DNA of 63,970 nt, filler included, from Dimargaris cristalligena (GCA_003614675.1; 8 parts of 8 records of this genome joined end to end with filler, not necessarily neighbours in it); one strand, 5' to 3'; positions 11,964 to 23,876 are shown, counted from the whole stretch's first letter. Made by a program: numbers and translations. The notes: a model not told the origin generated them from the letters alone.

Positions 11964-14242
11964 TTAAAGGACGGAAGCGGTCACAATAGCGGTTGACACG
12001 GGAACAGTGGGACCAGTGGTGGCTTTAGCATCCGCCAATTTCGACGCGATTTTAGCCGCCGACGAACTAGCGGCCTTGGAGTTCTGCAGGTTGACCATGA
12101 TATCGTCAAGTTTGTTGATGTTACGGATGAACCAGTCGGCGTAACGACGGCCCACCTTACTTTCGGCGATGTGAATCATGTCCTGGCGCAGGTAGAAGTC
12201 CAGATCCGACGAGGGGGCGTACTCGCCCTCCAGAAGGGTACCTTCCACCCACTTCTTCTGCCGCGAACGGAGCTTGAAGAGCAACATCTGGTGACGCAGG
12301 TGCTGCACATCCTCGATTTCCAAAAAGGCGGCCAGCTTCTCCATACCCATGGCCGAGTACATCTTCAGGTACGAGCGCAGGGTGGGGATCAGGATCTGGT
12401 ACCGGGCTTCACTCAAGAAGACGGTGGCCTGGAATTGCGAGGGCTCGGCCACAGCGGGGAGAACCAGCTCGGCGTTGGCGTCCGCGAGGTCTTCGGAGTC
12501 GGACTCGTCCTCGGATCCGACGTTGCTTTCCTCTTGGTCGGCGTCGATGGCGGCCTTCTGGGCCTGCTTGCTTTGCAGGTAAGTGATGAAGTCATCGTAA
12601 TTGGGCGGGTTCACCGTGATAAACTTGGGGCAGGCGTACAGGAACAGGTCCTCGAAAGTACGCAGGGCCTCCTCGCCGCCGCGGTGCATCTTGTGCTGCT
12701 GCTCACCGTACTTCTCGCGCAGATGGTTATGGATGTTCTCGTCCAGGCGGGTGGGGCAGAGCGAGACGCACAGGGCGAGAAGGGCGTACATCTTGGCGCT
12801 GGTCTTGGTCAGCATCTGGTAGTGGTAGGCCCGGGAGTGGTACTGCTTGGTTCGGGACACAAAGACCAAAATGTGGGAGAAGGTGCGGATGGCATCGGCG
12901 TACCGGCGCATCATCATGTAGGCGAAACCAACGTAGTAGTAGGTAGTGACGTAGCAGGCCGTGACCCGGGTGTAGATGGCCTTGCTGTTCATTTCGATGT
13001 TGTCCATCATCTTGAGGGCCATGGTGTAGTCACCCAGCAGACAGTGCACCCGCAGCAGACCGATGATGCTGAAGTAACCCAGCATCTTGTAGGTGGGACG
13101 GGAACCGTAGTCACCGGCGGCCGCGACGAGGTCACCGCCGTTCTTGGCAACCAGGAGCTGCTCGGTGATGTTGGACTTCTGGATCAGGGAGTAGAGCACG
13201 TTGAGCACGCTGTAGCAGCTCCACATTTGCGGGTTTTCCTTGAGCAGGTACAGCTCAGCCTCGTGCTTCCGCTTGTACTGGTTGCGGTAGGTGCAGAAGG
13301 CCTGGAACTGGTAAATGAACTCGTCCACGATATCCCAGAGCCACTGGTTGGGCAGGTCCAGGTCGACGGGTCCCTCCGAGTTCAGGATATAGTTGAACAA
13401 ATCGCAGTAGTTCTCGTACGAGTGAAACCGGTCCTCCACGGTGGGGTTAAGCCGGGCGTAGATGTGACGGTAGTAGAGTTCCCGGTAAAGGGTCAGGAAG
13501 ATACCATCGTCGTTCAGGATGGAACCCACGTAGATTGGGTCGGGCCACGACTGCTTGGCGTAGAAGCGGTCGGTCAGGCGGTTGAACTGGGACTCGTAGA
13601 TTTGGTGCAGCTCGTAGGCGTTGTTCTCGCGAACGTGACGCTGGAAGTTGGACAAGAAGTTGCGGATCTGGTCGGGAATGTGGATTTCGATGGTCTGAGA
13701 TTCGTTGTCATCGAAGTATTCTTCGCTGTCGACGTTGGATTGAACTGTTTGTCGATAAGCATAACGAATAGCAGGGGTGGATATTTAAAATCCGACACAA
13801 TATATAAAAGGGTGGGTTAGCTACACAGAATCGATGTGATATGAGACCGCTTAAAACAGTTAGCAGTAGGCACTTTCCAGTTGGGTAACCGGGAAGGCCG
13901 GTCTGCTGCGTAGGCAAGTAGTACTCGGGCATGGTTAAACAAGAGAGGCCCGGATCCGCTGCCATCTTCCAATCCGAGCAATACCCCTAGTCTGTACTAC
14001 ATCTCGAAGCTATAGGCACTTAATCCCGGGCATATGGGCTCGGAGGGAATGGGGCGAAATGACTGAACCGAAGCCAAGGTAATTGGGATTTACCCGACTC
14101 CCGTGCCAACAAGAACCGGGAGTAAGGAAACTAGGCAGGACTAATCTGAAGAAGGGGGGTATTTACCGTCATCAGCCTCCTCGTTTTGGTATGGAGTCTC
14201 GTTGACGGGGGCGTCGCCCACGGCTTTAGGATCTTTGTACAT
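11964..14242 (-). CDS. EIF3L: Eukaryotic translation initiation factor 3 subunit L; exons 14167-14242 and 11964-13744
   Basis: LYRELYYRHIYA, LPNQWLWDIVDEFIYQFQ, LGYFSIIGLLRVHCLLGDY and ACPKFI motifs; in-frame GT-AG intron. Confidence 0.95.
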
Positions 14243-15111
14243 GGTGAGATGAGGGCTTATTAGGAGGGGTGGGCTTAAGGTGAATCGAGGGTTCGAAAAC
14301 GGAAAGGAAATGCACAGAAAAGGGGGAGACGCAGGTAGCGAATGAAACACAAGAACAAGGCAAGGAAGATGAACACCACAAGTAAGAATCCGATCAAGCA
14401 AAAGGCCAGTGGGATCACAATATGACGATGAAAGTATTCTGGCAGAGGGTTGGAGAAAGTCTGGGTTTTTCGGTCGGAACGATTATGTGTGGAGGGCATG
14501 TATACTACTATACTACACTATACTAAACCAGACCGCCCTTGCTAACTATGTGTGGGTGTGAGATTATTTTCTACCCATACAACCCCCCTAACCATAACTA
14601 ACAAGTCCCTCCCCTCGTCTCTCCCTCATTCAATTTCCTCTCTCCAGCTCTCCACCCATATTCTCCGCTATTACGAAAAAAGACCCGGTGGAGTGCTATC
14701 TACTCACGTGATCATTTCTCCAGACGCGTGACTATTTGCCTGAGTCAAATGACTCCAATCATCAACAACCCGCCATGGTTAGCGGGCACTATATAACATA
14801 CTAGCTTTGCGTAACTAGCTAATTACTTACGAACCGTCGGAATTAATGCGAATGACACAAATGAAAGAGCTATTCAATACCCAACATCATTGAAAGATCA
14901 TTTATTGGCTTTTTTATATATATATATTGGAACGAGAACTAGCTGGAAAGAAAATACCCAAGCAAATCGCCAATGCCAGTAAAAAAAATCGGAATACGCT
15001 CAGGAAACGCGAGTAATAGTTTGCATAAGTGACCAGAGTCGACCACCAAAGCCCCACACGCTATTAAGGAGTTAAAACATATACGTACAATAAGAGCACT
15101 ATCGGGTTCAT

Positions 15112-15663
15112 CTAGGCCTGGGTGGGCTTGGACTGTGGGTTATAATCAGAACATTCAAAATGCGGTAGTTTGCATGGTATGCCAAGCGATATGACCGCCG
15201 CGAATCCGACCCGGGCGAAGGTGGAGTAAATAATACAGAGTATTTGAGATCCAAAATGCATAAATAACCATAGAAACAAGTTAATACAGGCCCATATAGG
15301 TCGATTGTAGAGTGGATGGTGAGCCGCAAAAATTGAACAGTATAGAAGAACCACCATTACCGACTATTAAAGGTCTTGTCAACTATATATATATAGGAAT
15401 CTACTTACGTTTGCATTGGCATTCGAGGCCAGGCCAAAGCGTTCCGCTCGCTTACGCCGCTTTTCCTCCTCTTCGGGATCTACTGGCTCAGGAGCGGAAT
15501 TCTTTTCGGGCTGCTTGCTGGGTAAAGCAAAGCGGTCGGCTCGTTTGCGCAGTTTCTCGGCTTCGGCCGAAGCGACCGGAGCAGGGGATGGAAGCATGGT
15601 CGACTTGGCCACGGAAATTCCGAAGCGTTCCGCACGTCTCTTGAGCGTTGCTTCGTCAGTACC
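15112..15663 (-). CDS. 3' part of a Tho1/SARNP(CIP29)-like mRNA export protein; exons 15409-15663 and 15112-15132; 5' end missing at the contig end
   Basis: Three repeated KRAERFG/RADRF motifs typical of the Tho1/MOS11 C-terminus; splice sites present. Confidence 0.7.
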
Positions 15664-16214
15664 CTATGCAGGTAAAAATAGTATATATACCCAGGCGGCC
15701 GCGAAATAGGAAAAATAATATAGTATCACATTAGTTAGGGAATCGATAATATATACGTGGGAATTACCCCAGAGGAGCATTACGGCACAATAAATATGGG
15801 GCCTGGACCATCAAATATCACCGGATAGAGTAGTGTATTAAACGAATCTACGCCTAGTCGGCCCAGCACTTGAGTAAGAACATGCTCCAAAGGACCGTTC
15901 GGAGTTTGAACCTCGGGGGGGGGGGGGGGGGGTTAACTCCCCTATTGCGGCACTATAANNNNNNNNNNNNNNNNNNNNNNNNNNNNNNNNNNNNNNNNNN
16001 NNTTAATTAATTAANNNNNNNNNNNNNNNNNNNNNNNNNNNNNNNNNNNNNNNNNNNNTCTTTTTATTTAGGCTTCCTCTTTTGAGTATAAATACTCCCC
16101 CTTACTGCCACCTTTTGGAACAGCAAGTTTATCATCACCTTTCCTTTCTTATCATCTAGTTTTTTAAATAAAGTTCAGTTTTCAAGGATTTGATTTCAGT
16201 TCTTTACAGTCCAT

Positions 16215-16730
16215 TAAGAGTCCTGTGGGTAGGCTTCTAATGGTAGGTAGGGTTTAGGCTTAGCTAAGTAATCACTAGCATCAGGTACTAGGTATAGTAC
16301 TAACTAATAAAGGCTAGAGGTAGGTATATATAAGGGATATACAGGGAGTACACTTACTAGTTAGTATAAGGGGGATAAGTATATATAGAGTTTATTAAAT
16401 AAATAAGGGGTAAGTATAAGTTAAGGAATCTAACTAGTTCTAATGGGGCCTAGTTATATATATATATGGGGATAGCTGTAGAGGGGGGTCCTAAGAGAGA
16501 GAGAGAATACTACTAAGATTATAGGATAAGAATAGGCCAGCTGGATAGTTACTAGTAACTGGAAGACTTAGATAGTAATTGGAAGAGACTTTAGATCAGT
16601 ACACCAGTGATTAGTACAAAGATGCAGAGTCTGGGTAGGGGAAATATTTTATATAATGTAGGATAACCCCATGGTCCTAGATGTGGCCATGGGAAAGCTA
16701 ATATGATGTAATAAGTGTTATACCAAGGCC
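16215..16730 (-). repeat. Degenerate interspersed repeat, probably a solo LTR, homologous to 38787-39313
   Basis: Collinear shared blocks (aggcttctaatggtaggt, tactaactaataaaggcta, gtacacttactagt, tatatagagtttatt, ggaagactt) on two different contigs. Confidence 0.7.
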
Positions 16731-17688
16731 TAGTGGACCAGTTGGGTCAGAGATTATGTCATTGGAGGGAGAAGTTAAGGAACTCAGCAGGAGGTTTGAA
16801 TCACTCAAAGGGACGTCATTATTGGCAGGTCATAGCAGAATCAGCAATGGAGTTGTAGAGGTGCTTTGCAGTGAGAAAGGCATTGTGGTTTTTTATAAAT
16901 TTATTTACTGAAAAGAGTAGAGTAATATGAAAATAATAGACTAAGTGAAATATAAGAGAATTGAAAATAATGTGTGAGGAAAATTGGCTAATTTGGGGTT
17001 TATAAGAAATGAGAAATATATATAAAACTATAAACAGCTGGCTGGAGTATAACTTACTTCATTACACTTTACTTGAACTTGGCTTATTCTCCTCCTCAGT
17101 TCAGTCAGGACTCACGGTTTAAATACTTGAGGAAAAAAAAGGAGTCACAGTGGTTTTGGGGAGGTATACAGCAGTCACTCGGTTGGGGTTAGAACAATCA
17201 TTGATGGTGATAAAATTCATTCATAGGAATTAGAACACCAATATATGTAAGTCAACCGGTGACAATCGGAGCTAGGAGACAATATATATATATAAAATGA
17301 TGAAATACCTAAGTAAATGGTGATATAGATCATTGGTAATCATTTCAACCACATAATAAATTGACTGAATTTATCGCCGTTTGATTGATGGATATTTAAA
17401 AATAGTGCAAAGAATTTGATAAAGGAACACAGGATATGATAGTTGTTTTACGTGTTTAAATGGGAGTATTTGACTGATTAAACTGCGGTTTACAGAGATA
17501 AATGGTTTGCAGCTGGTAAAGGAATCAGTCAATCAATTAACCTTTTCAGTTACCTGCACTCTGCAGCACCACAGTCTCGGGGGCTTAAACTAAAAACACG
17601 GGGTATTCTATAAAAGTAATAGGTAAAAAAAATATGAATGCTGTGAATAGTTCAGCAAATATAAATGTAGACTAAAATAGTTAAAGTT

Positions 17689-19479
17689 TTACATAGTGGG
17701 GACAATTGGTTTAAAGTAAAGACGTAAATGAACTCCGGTGATAGGATTGACATAATGTGCTCCATCGAGTCCATTGATGACATAAACATTGGGGTAGGGT
17801 TTTTCGCTGACTGTGTAGGGTCCAATCCAATGGTCATGGAGCTTTCCCTCAACTTTGGTTTGTCAAAAATTGCGCAACAAAACCATGTCACCAACGTCAA
17901 TGGTAGTTTTGGGGATGAAGTAATGCTGATCAAAATAGCGACGATTCTTTTCGCAAGATCTGTCTAAATCCAGGCCAGCTTTCTCATGAACCCAAGAATT
18001 CTGGATTAATTGGATGGTACGACAGGCTAAGAGATCGGCGGTAGATATGTTCTGTGACCAGGGCAGGGATACCCAGGTTTTATCCTGAATATCGAGTGGC
18101 AGAACACAGTCCTGTCCATAGATGAGCTGGTATGGACTCTGACCAGTTGTCGACTTAATGGTGATACGGTCGGCCCATAATGTGGCATGCAATAATTCGG
18201 GCCATACTTCCGCTTGGTTATGGACTAATTTACGCAAACAACTGATTAGATCACGATGACCACGCTCAATCATGCCATTCAGCTGGGGGTGGTTTGTGGT
18301 GGTGAAGACTAGGGGAATACGATCAGCCTTGGCAGCTTGACGAGCAACCTTGGCCCATAACTCACCGTGATTGGCGATAATTTCACGTGGAATACCAAAA
18401 CGAGTAATGATATCTTGGTACAAGAATCGGTACACGTCGATGCTGTACTTGGAGCATAGGGCACGAGCTTCAACCCATCCGCTAAGGTCGTCACGCGCAA
18501 CAATAAGATAATGAAATCGGCTGGCACTAATCGGTAATTCCGTCAGGTCAATACCAATTCAACTGAACAACATGGATCTGATATATGGCTTAAGTGGAAC
18601 ATGAGATCCGCGATAAGGATTACGCTGGCATGTGTCACAAGTTTGAATAACTCGTTCAATATCTTGATACATATTGGGCCAGAATAGACGATTGGAGCAA
18701 AGGCGGTAAGTCGCTGTCACTCCTCAATGGGCTTCTGGGTGTCCGGCGTGTACAGCTATTGTGAGTCTTAGCTGCTAGTTAGGGTCAGAGATTACATGGT
18801 GGGGTATATCAGGCGATGAGGAACGTTGATACAAGAGTCCATCTGCGACTAGGTATTTTTGGGCATCATTTTTGATCTGAAGACACTTATTTTCTGCGGA
18901 AGACTCGGGAAAACGTGCATATTGAAGATAATTAAATATGTCGGTAAACTCACCAGTATCCTGGTTGGATGCTTACTGGACTGCCTCATATCCATGATGG
19001 GAGTAATTATCACGGACGGGGACTACAGCTGTGATTGGAATATCTGAGCTTCCGAATCCTTGATCACGTCGTTCACCTTGAATCTCACTGGATGATACCT
19101 CAACTACCTGGGAAAATGCAACTCTTTCGGGGATTAACTAAGCTATTTTTTCACCGGCCTTGATCTCGAGGGGTCGTTTCGAAAGATTACTGGTAATTAC
19201 CATGATATCACCAGTGTACTCGGGATCGATGACTCCTCCGGCGACGTTTAAGCCTCGCAATGCCCATTTGCTGCGCTCAACGAGACGGAGATAAGTGCCG
19301 GCGGGTGGGGTGCAATGAAGACCGGTAGGTAGACGAACTACATCACCGGGATCAATAATAACATCGGACCAAATGGCAACGTCGAATCCAACGTCGGATG
19401 GATGAGCTTTGGTCGGAATGGGAATTCCAGGCTTCGTACTAACATACATAACACATCCTCGGTTTTGATGAATTTCCAT
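17689..19479 (-). pseudogene. dUTPase-integrase fusion (~596 codons) with six in-frame nonsense codons
   Basis: One frame reads: dUTPase (GFDV, RS, GVIDPEYTG, A*LI, RDQGFGSS), HHCC zinc finger (H...H...FWPNMYQD...CDTC), rve core (IGIDL, ARDDLSGWVEA, RFGIP, HPQLNGMIER), GPY/F region (KL..HWIGPY). Stops at 19138, 18973, 18775, 18724, 18559 and 17863. Confidence 0.9.
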
Positions 19480-19641
19480 CTTTCGGGTCGTTGTTTCTTA
19501 GGGAGTAGTCGATCGTTCCTCCCTCTCTACTTCTACGAAGTTTTTAAAAACCTCGCGATCCCCAGATTCTAAATTAGACGACGGAAATCACTCTCGAGGT
19601 TTTGAAAAGGGCGCGGAGCGACCGGACCCCTCGGGGGTAGG

Positions 19642-19983
19642 TCAACGCGTCTGGGGGTGGATGGTAGTTTTATCGGCCTTAATAGTGTTGATTAGGGAAT
19701 GTAGTCTCTTGACACATAGTTCCATTTCGTCGCGGCTGTATGGTGTATAACCCGTCTGAATCTCGTTTGCATCCAATACGACAAGACCGTCTTTACAGTA
19801 GATGGTTATAGGAGCGATCCGTTGAGTGGGTTCAGATACGCCGCACGCGACTATAGGGAGTTCCTTGTACGTATAGGTGATTCGATGGGGTGCGGGGATT
19901 ATATCGCAGTGAGGTTCGAGTATTCGGGGTAGAGTAATACATATTTTACGAACTATATTCTCATCTATGTCGTCTTGTTCCAT
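19642..19983 (-). CDS. Hypothetical cargo protein (~113 aa)
   Basis: Intact intronless ORF from ATG 19983, divergent from the next ORF across a ~65-bp TATA-rich spacer. Confidence 0.5.
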   Translation of the reverse strand: MEQDDIDENIVRKICITLPRILEPHCDIIPAPHRITYTYKELPIVACGVSEPTQRIAPITIYCKDGLVVLDANEIQTGYTPYSRDEMELCVKRLHSLINTIKADKTTIHPQTR

Positions 19984-20053
19984 CTTTCGCGACAACCACT
20001 GCGGGATATATATCTTTATTTTAGTGTAAATATCAATTGATTATTCCAGATGA

Positions 20054-20972
20054 AATGTCATTCAACAATAGAACCTACACTACACAAGAACAAGCTGATA
20101 ACGACGACCATGCGGGTAGTATTTTCGATACCAGTCCTACGCCTTTGGAACGTCGATACCCTGTACAATACGGATCTCTGGCATCTAATGCGTCACAGGG
20201 TGATTTACATAGGGATGCACGAGGTGTAATGAATATGTATCGACGGGTATTACGAAATAATGACGAGCGGGTGATTAGTGAGGGACCGTATAACGAACAA
20301 ATAGGAGCACTGATGCATATAACATATGAAGACCCGGACAACCAAATGAGTGTGATTGGTAATAGATCTTTAATTCATGTTTCCAGTCAAAGGCGTCCTG
20401 ATTGGAGAGCATACGATAATCAAACACAAGTGGTGGTTGCCGTTGCCGAAAGTAAATCGGGTGCAGAGGATATACGTAGATCCACTACTCAGAGACAATT
20501 GGAGGATTATATGAGTTTGAGTCTACATAATAACAGAGACGCCAATGATAGTGGACGTAGCTCTCCAGTTGCTGGGATATATAACCATGGAAATAACCTA
20601 TATCTATCCGCATTACGCGACGATGGAGATGGTTCTATAGTTCGAAGCGTGAGTTATACGTCGTGGGATATGCGTAATGATGACAATATTGATTCTCTAG
20701 CCCACCAAATGCGATCAGTCAATACGGAGAATATGGCATTATCCAGATAATGTAACCGATGTGAGGATCCTGTATATGGCAATTATGATTATTGTCTTGT
20801 CCATCTATGCCGCCATTCCGATTGTACCAGTGGGACGTATCACAGTGACGGGGAAACCTTTGTATAAATCTATTGTTCTACTCACGGATGCAATAGACAG
20901 CGTTGTAATGACCCTCGGAATGATACATATGGCTCGTACTGTTCAGAAGACTGTTACGAACAATGCCAATGA
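20054..20972 (+). pseudogene. PD-(D/E)xK nuclease-like domain followed by a Cys/His-rich zinc-finger-like tail, interrupted by two TAA codons
   Basis: RRPDW...VVVAVAESK motif. The same frame continues past TAA at 20748 as CNRCEDPVYGNYDYCLVHLCRHSDC...*IYCSTHGCNRQRC...YCSEDC. Confidence 0.55.
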
Positions 20973-21244
20973 GAAATTACTCCTTCGGAGTCGTTTTAAA
21001 ACAGCTCGAGATGCTCTGTACGTCGACGTTCCATAAAATGCAGCGTCAATCATTCGCATCACTCTCGTCTAGGGTGGCTGTAGCCCGTTCAAGAGTCATA
21101 AGAATCTCGAGCAATTTACACAGCCACCGATATGTAAGATGTATTCGGGGTGAACGATTTCCGGAATATCCATAACACCACCATGGAACCGAATCGATAA
21201 GTGGAAATCAAGGACGGAGTCCGCATCAATTGCGACTTTATAAA

Positions 21245-21731
21245 ATGGACTCCTTCGACGTAACCGAATTCACCGGAGATCTAGGTATAGTGCACTACAA
21301 AGTTCTATCATCGTCGCCTGGTCATGTAGTAATCCGATGGTTAGACAAAACAATTAAAATCAAGGCTGCATCCTTACTAAACGAATACATGGGACTGTGC
21401 TACCTGGAGACAGAAAACTTTAGATATTCACCCAGATCCATTTGACATAGTACATGGAAAGCACCCTATTCCTACATTATAATGTCGTATATCGATGGCA
21501 CTCCCTTGAACAAATTGTTGTTAGACCAACCCGATATTCAACAATCTACAGAACCTATTGGATTGTTCTAAACAGCGAATCCGGTTTTTGCACGGGGACC
21601 TATGGCCAGGAAATGTAATGATTAACGACGATCTGGAAGTAATAGGGATTATTGATTGGGAATATGCTGGTCACTACCCCATCAAGTCGGAACTGGTCCC
21701 CTGCCTTACCAGGCCCATGCCTTCCTCATAG
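21245..21731 (+). pseudogene. APH/choline-kinase-like phosphotransferase, disrupted; may extend to about 22031
   Basis: K..NE and IIMSYIDGTPL, then after a frameshift FLHGDLWPGNVMINDDLEVIGIIDWEYAGHYP; TGA at 21443. Confidence 0.8.
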
Positions 21732-23456
21732 ACATTTTACTTTACGGGAGAACGAACTTGCTATCGAACACAATAACGTCACATCACCTTTAGTGGTAAA
21801 GGACAATATCTCTCTATTCCCACATTGTGGGGTTGTACGGAATGGTACTTTTGTCGGTATGGAATATACTGAAGAATATACCCCGCCACCACCGAGGATA
21901 TTATCGAGTCGGGTCGTACAATGGCTACCAACTGGATGTCTAATCTATGCTCTTACTGTTAATTACGCTCAACATTCACTTCGTTCATTCTTTCTAAAAC
22001 GGACTCCGGAGTCGTGACCCCTGCGGGGTAATAGAAATCATGAGAAATATCAGTAGAGACAGTGCATTTCTGGGAGATTACCCACGCTTTCTAGGTCTGC
22101 CCCGTGGGGGCTTATAAAACCTCGAGAGTGATTTCTCGATCGGGCGTCGTTTGCACTTCTCCCTCCTCGGGCAGTATGGAAATGGCCATGATATTGCTGC
22201 TCCCCGAATCAGGGAGGAAAAAAGGTGGGTTTAAATAAAACATTCGGATATAAAGAGTTCTCGGAATATCACTCGAATAGCAACGTCCGTAAATGGATCG
22301 TTCGCCATTAGTAGCCCGTCGGAATCCACCACCGGGTAGGCTACCGTGACCTTGTAGACCGAGTTTGTCAGTATTAGTTACTCTCGGACCTCCCCCTCTA
22401 GTAGAAGATAACAGCGAAGGGGCGCTGGATAAGCTAGGTCTTGACCTAATCGACGATACAGAAACGACTCTCCGGATAGTAGCACGGTCATTCTAGGGTT
22501 CGAAAAATGCTATCCTCTAAATAAGTCAATGAAATCGAGACATACAAGATTCTTCGTAATCATCCTCATCACAATAGACGTAAAATCGTCAGTGGGATAA
22601 AAGCAGCTATAAATCATATTGATCGATTTCGATAGTGTTGGAGATAATAACCCTAAACAAGTAACACGCCAAGTGGTGATCGAGGGTGAGATAGATTGGA
22701 TTTTTAAAATGACTCCCTAAACCCGGAGAGGTATCCTCGCGGTCGCGGTCACTCTGTACCTCGGACTCCGAAGGAGTGCCCATTTAATCCTCCGGATTCG
22801 ATTTCAATGGAATGGCTAGTGGTTCAAAACCTTAAGATTGTTGATCAGGTCATTTGTTGAATCCAGATAGTAAGCTCTTTGACTCGGGGGTACTAGTCCG
22901 TTTTAGAGGCAGTGGAGGGTGTCGTTCCAAGTAGTCGTCGCTGTCATGCTTAATAATCCATAGGATTAAAGCCGACTAACTATGAAGGACTAGGCACCAT
23001 CATCGCCTAGTTCTATCAATGAGGCGCGGGAATTCGGCCTTGTTGAAGGATCAGTGTCCTTCAGCCATTCTTGCCACTCGATTCACATATTCCATATATC
23101 CCCTTCATTATATACCCGTCTATTATTAGTTATCATTTATATTACTATCTAGTAGCATCTTCCAGCATCTTCTATGCTGGTTCGACGTCTTTATCATAAG
23201 TCTGCTCGGCTATATAAAGCTGAGCCAATTCCTATAGTTATTCTTTAGTTAGTTACCATTTATTTCTTACCCCCTTTTCATAGTTAACTCGATCTATTTT
23301 GATATCTCCTCTATTATGATCTATAAAGCGCCCCTCGCATCAATTGCTTGTGTGTTATCTCTTTTAAATTCGTCCAAGGCGTAGCTATTAATTACATCAT
23401 AAATTATTGACTACGACAGTCGCCTCGTCAGAATCAAAGCGTTTTAAATAGCAACG

Positions 23457-23876
23457 ATGTGCACCAACTATATAGTAGTTCATATATGCGGGTATAGCAA
23501 TGCGCGACTAGATTATTGTCCTGAATCTAAATTGGACAGTGACGGAAATCGGACTGCTTGTGTACCAGTAAATGAGAATCGCAGATCTACCGGGGTAGTA
23601 TGTTCTAGAGAAGGCTGTGACCACGCCCCGCATCATAATCGCGGAGAACACACAGGAACATCCCCGGAACTTACGCGAGCCATTGGTAGTTATTGGGGTA
23701 AAAGTGGTAGCCATACTACTATATTACGCAGCGACTCGGGTACTACATGCTCTGGGAGTGTAGATAGTCAAGGAAATATGTATTGCTTTGGATGCAACGT
23801 CTGGCATATTGGGTGCAATGCGTGTGATAAATGTAAAGGCCTGAAGACGTATTGCGGCCACGATGGCTACCCGTGA
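23457..23876 (+). CDS. Cys/His-rich small protein, putative zinc-binding cargo
   Basis: Intact 139-aa ORF with an MC...H.CG start and C-terminal CxxC pairs; ends 10 bp before the right TIR. Confidence 0.6.
   Translation: MCTNYIVVHICGYSNARLDYCPESKLDSDGNRTACVPVNENRRSTGVVCSREGCDHAPHHNRGEHTGTSPELTRAIGSYWGKSGSHTTILRSDSGTTCSGSVDSQGNMYCFGCNVWHIGCNACDKCKGLKTYCGHDGYP

Noticed and set aside
12171-13820. 549-aa plus-strand ORF
   Set aside because: Antisense shadow of GC3-biased eIF3L; no independent motifs
17689-19479. Alternative genetic code or programmed readthrough in the element
   Set aside because: All three stop types occur and a catalytic Asp is also mutated; C-to-T decay is the simpler explanation
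20761-21036. Membrane-protein-like ORF
   Set aside because: Overlaps the more convincing Cys-rich continuation of the upstream frame
22750-22800. Tyrosine-recombinase-like GLR motif (LYLGLRRS)
   Set aside because: No accompanying HxxR or Tyr motifs; the frame is short and interrupted
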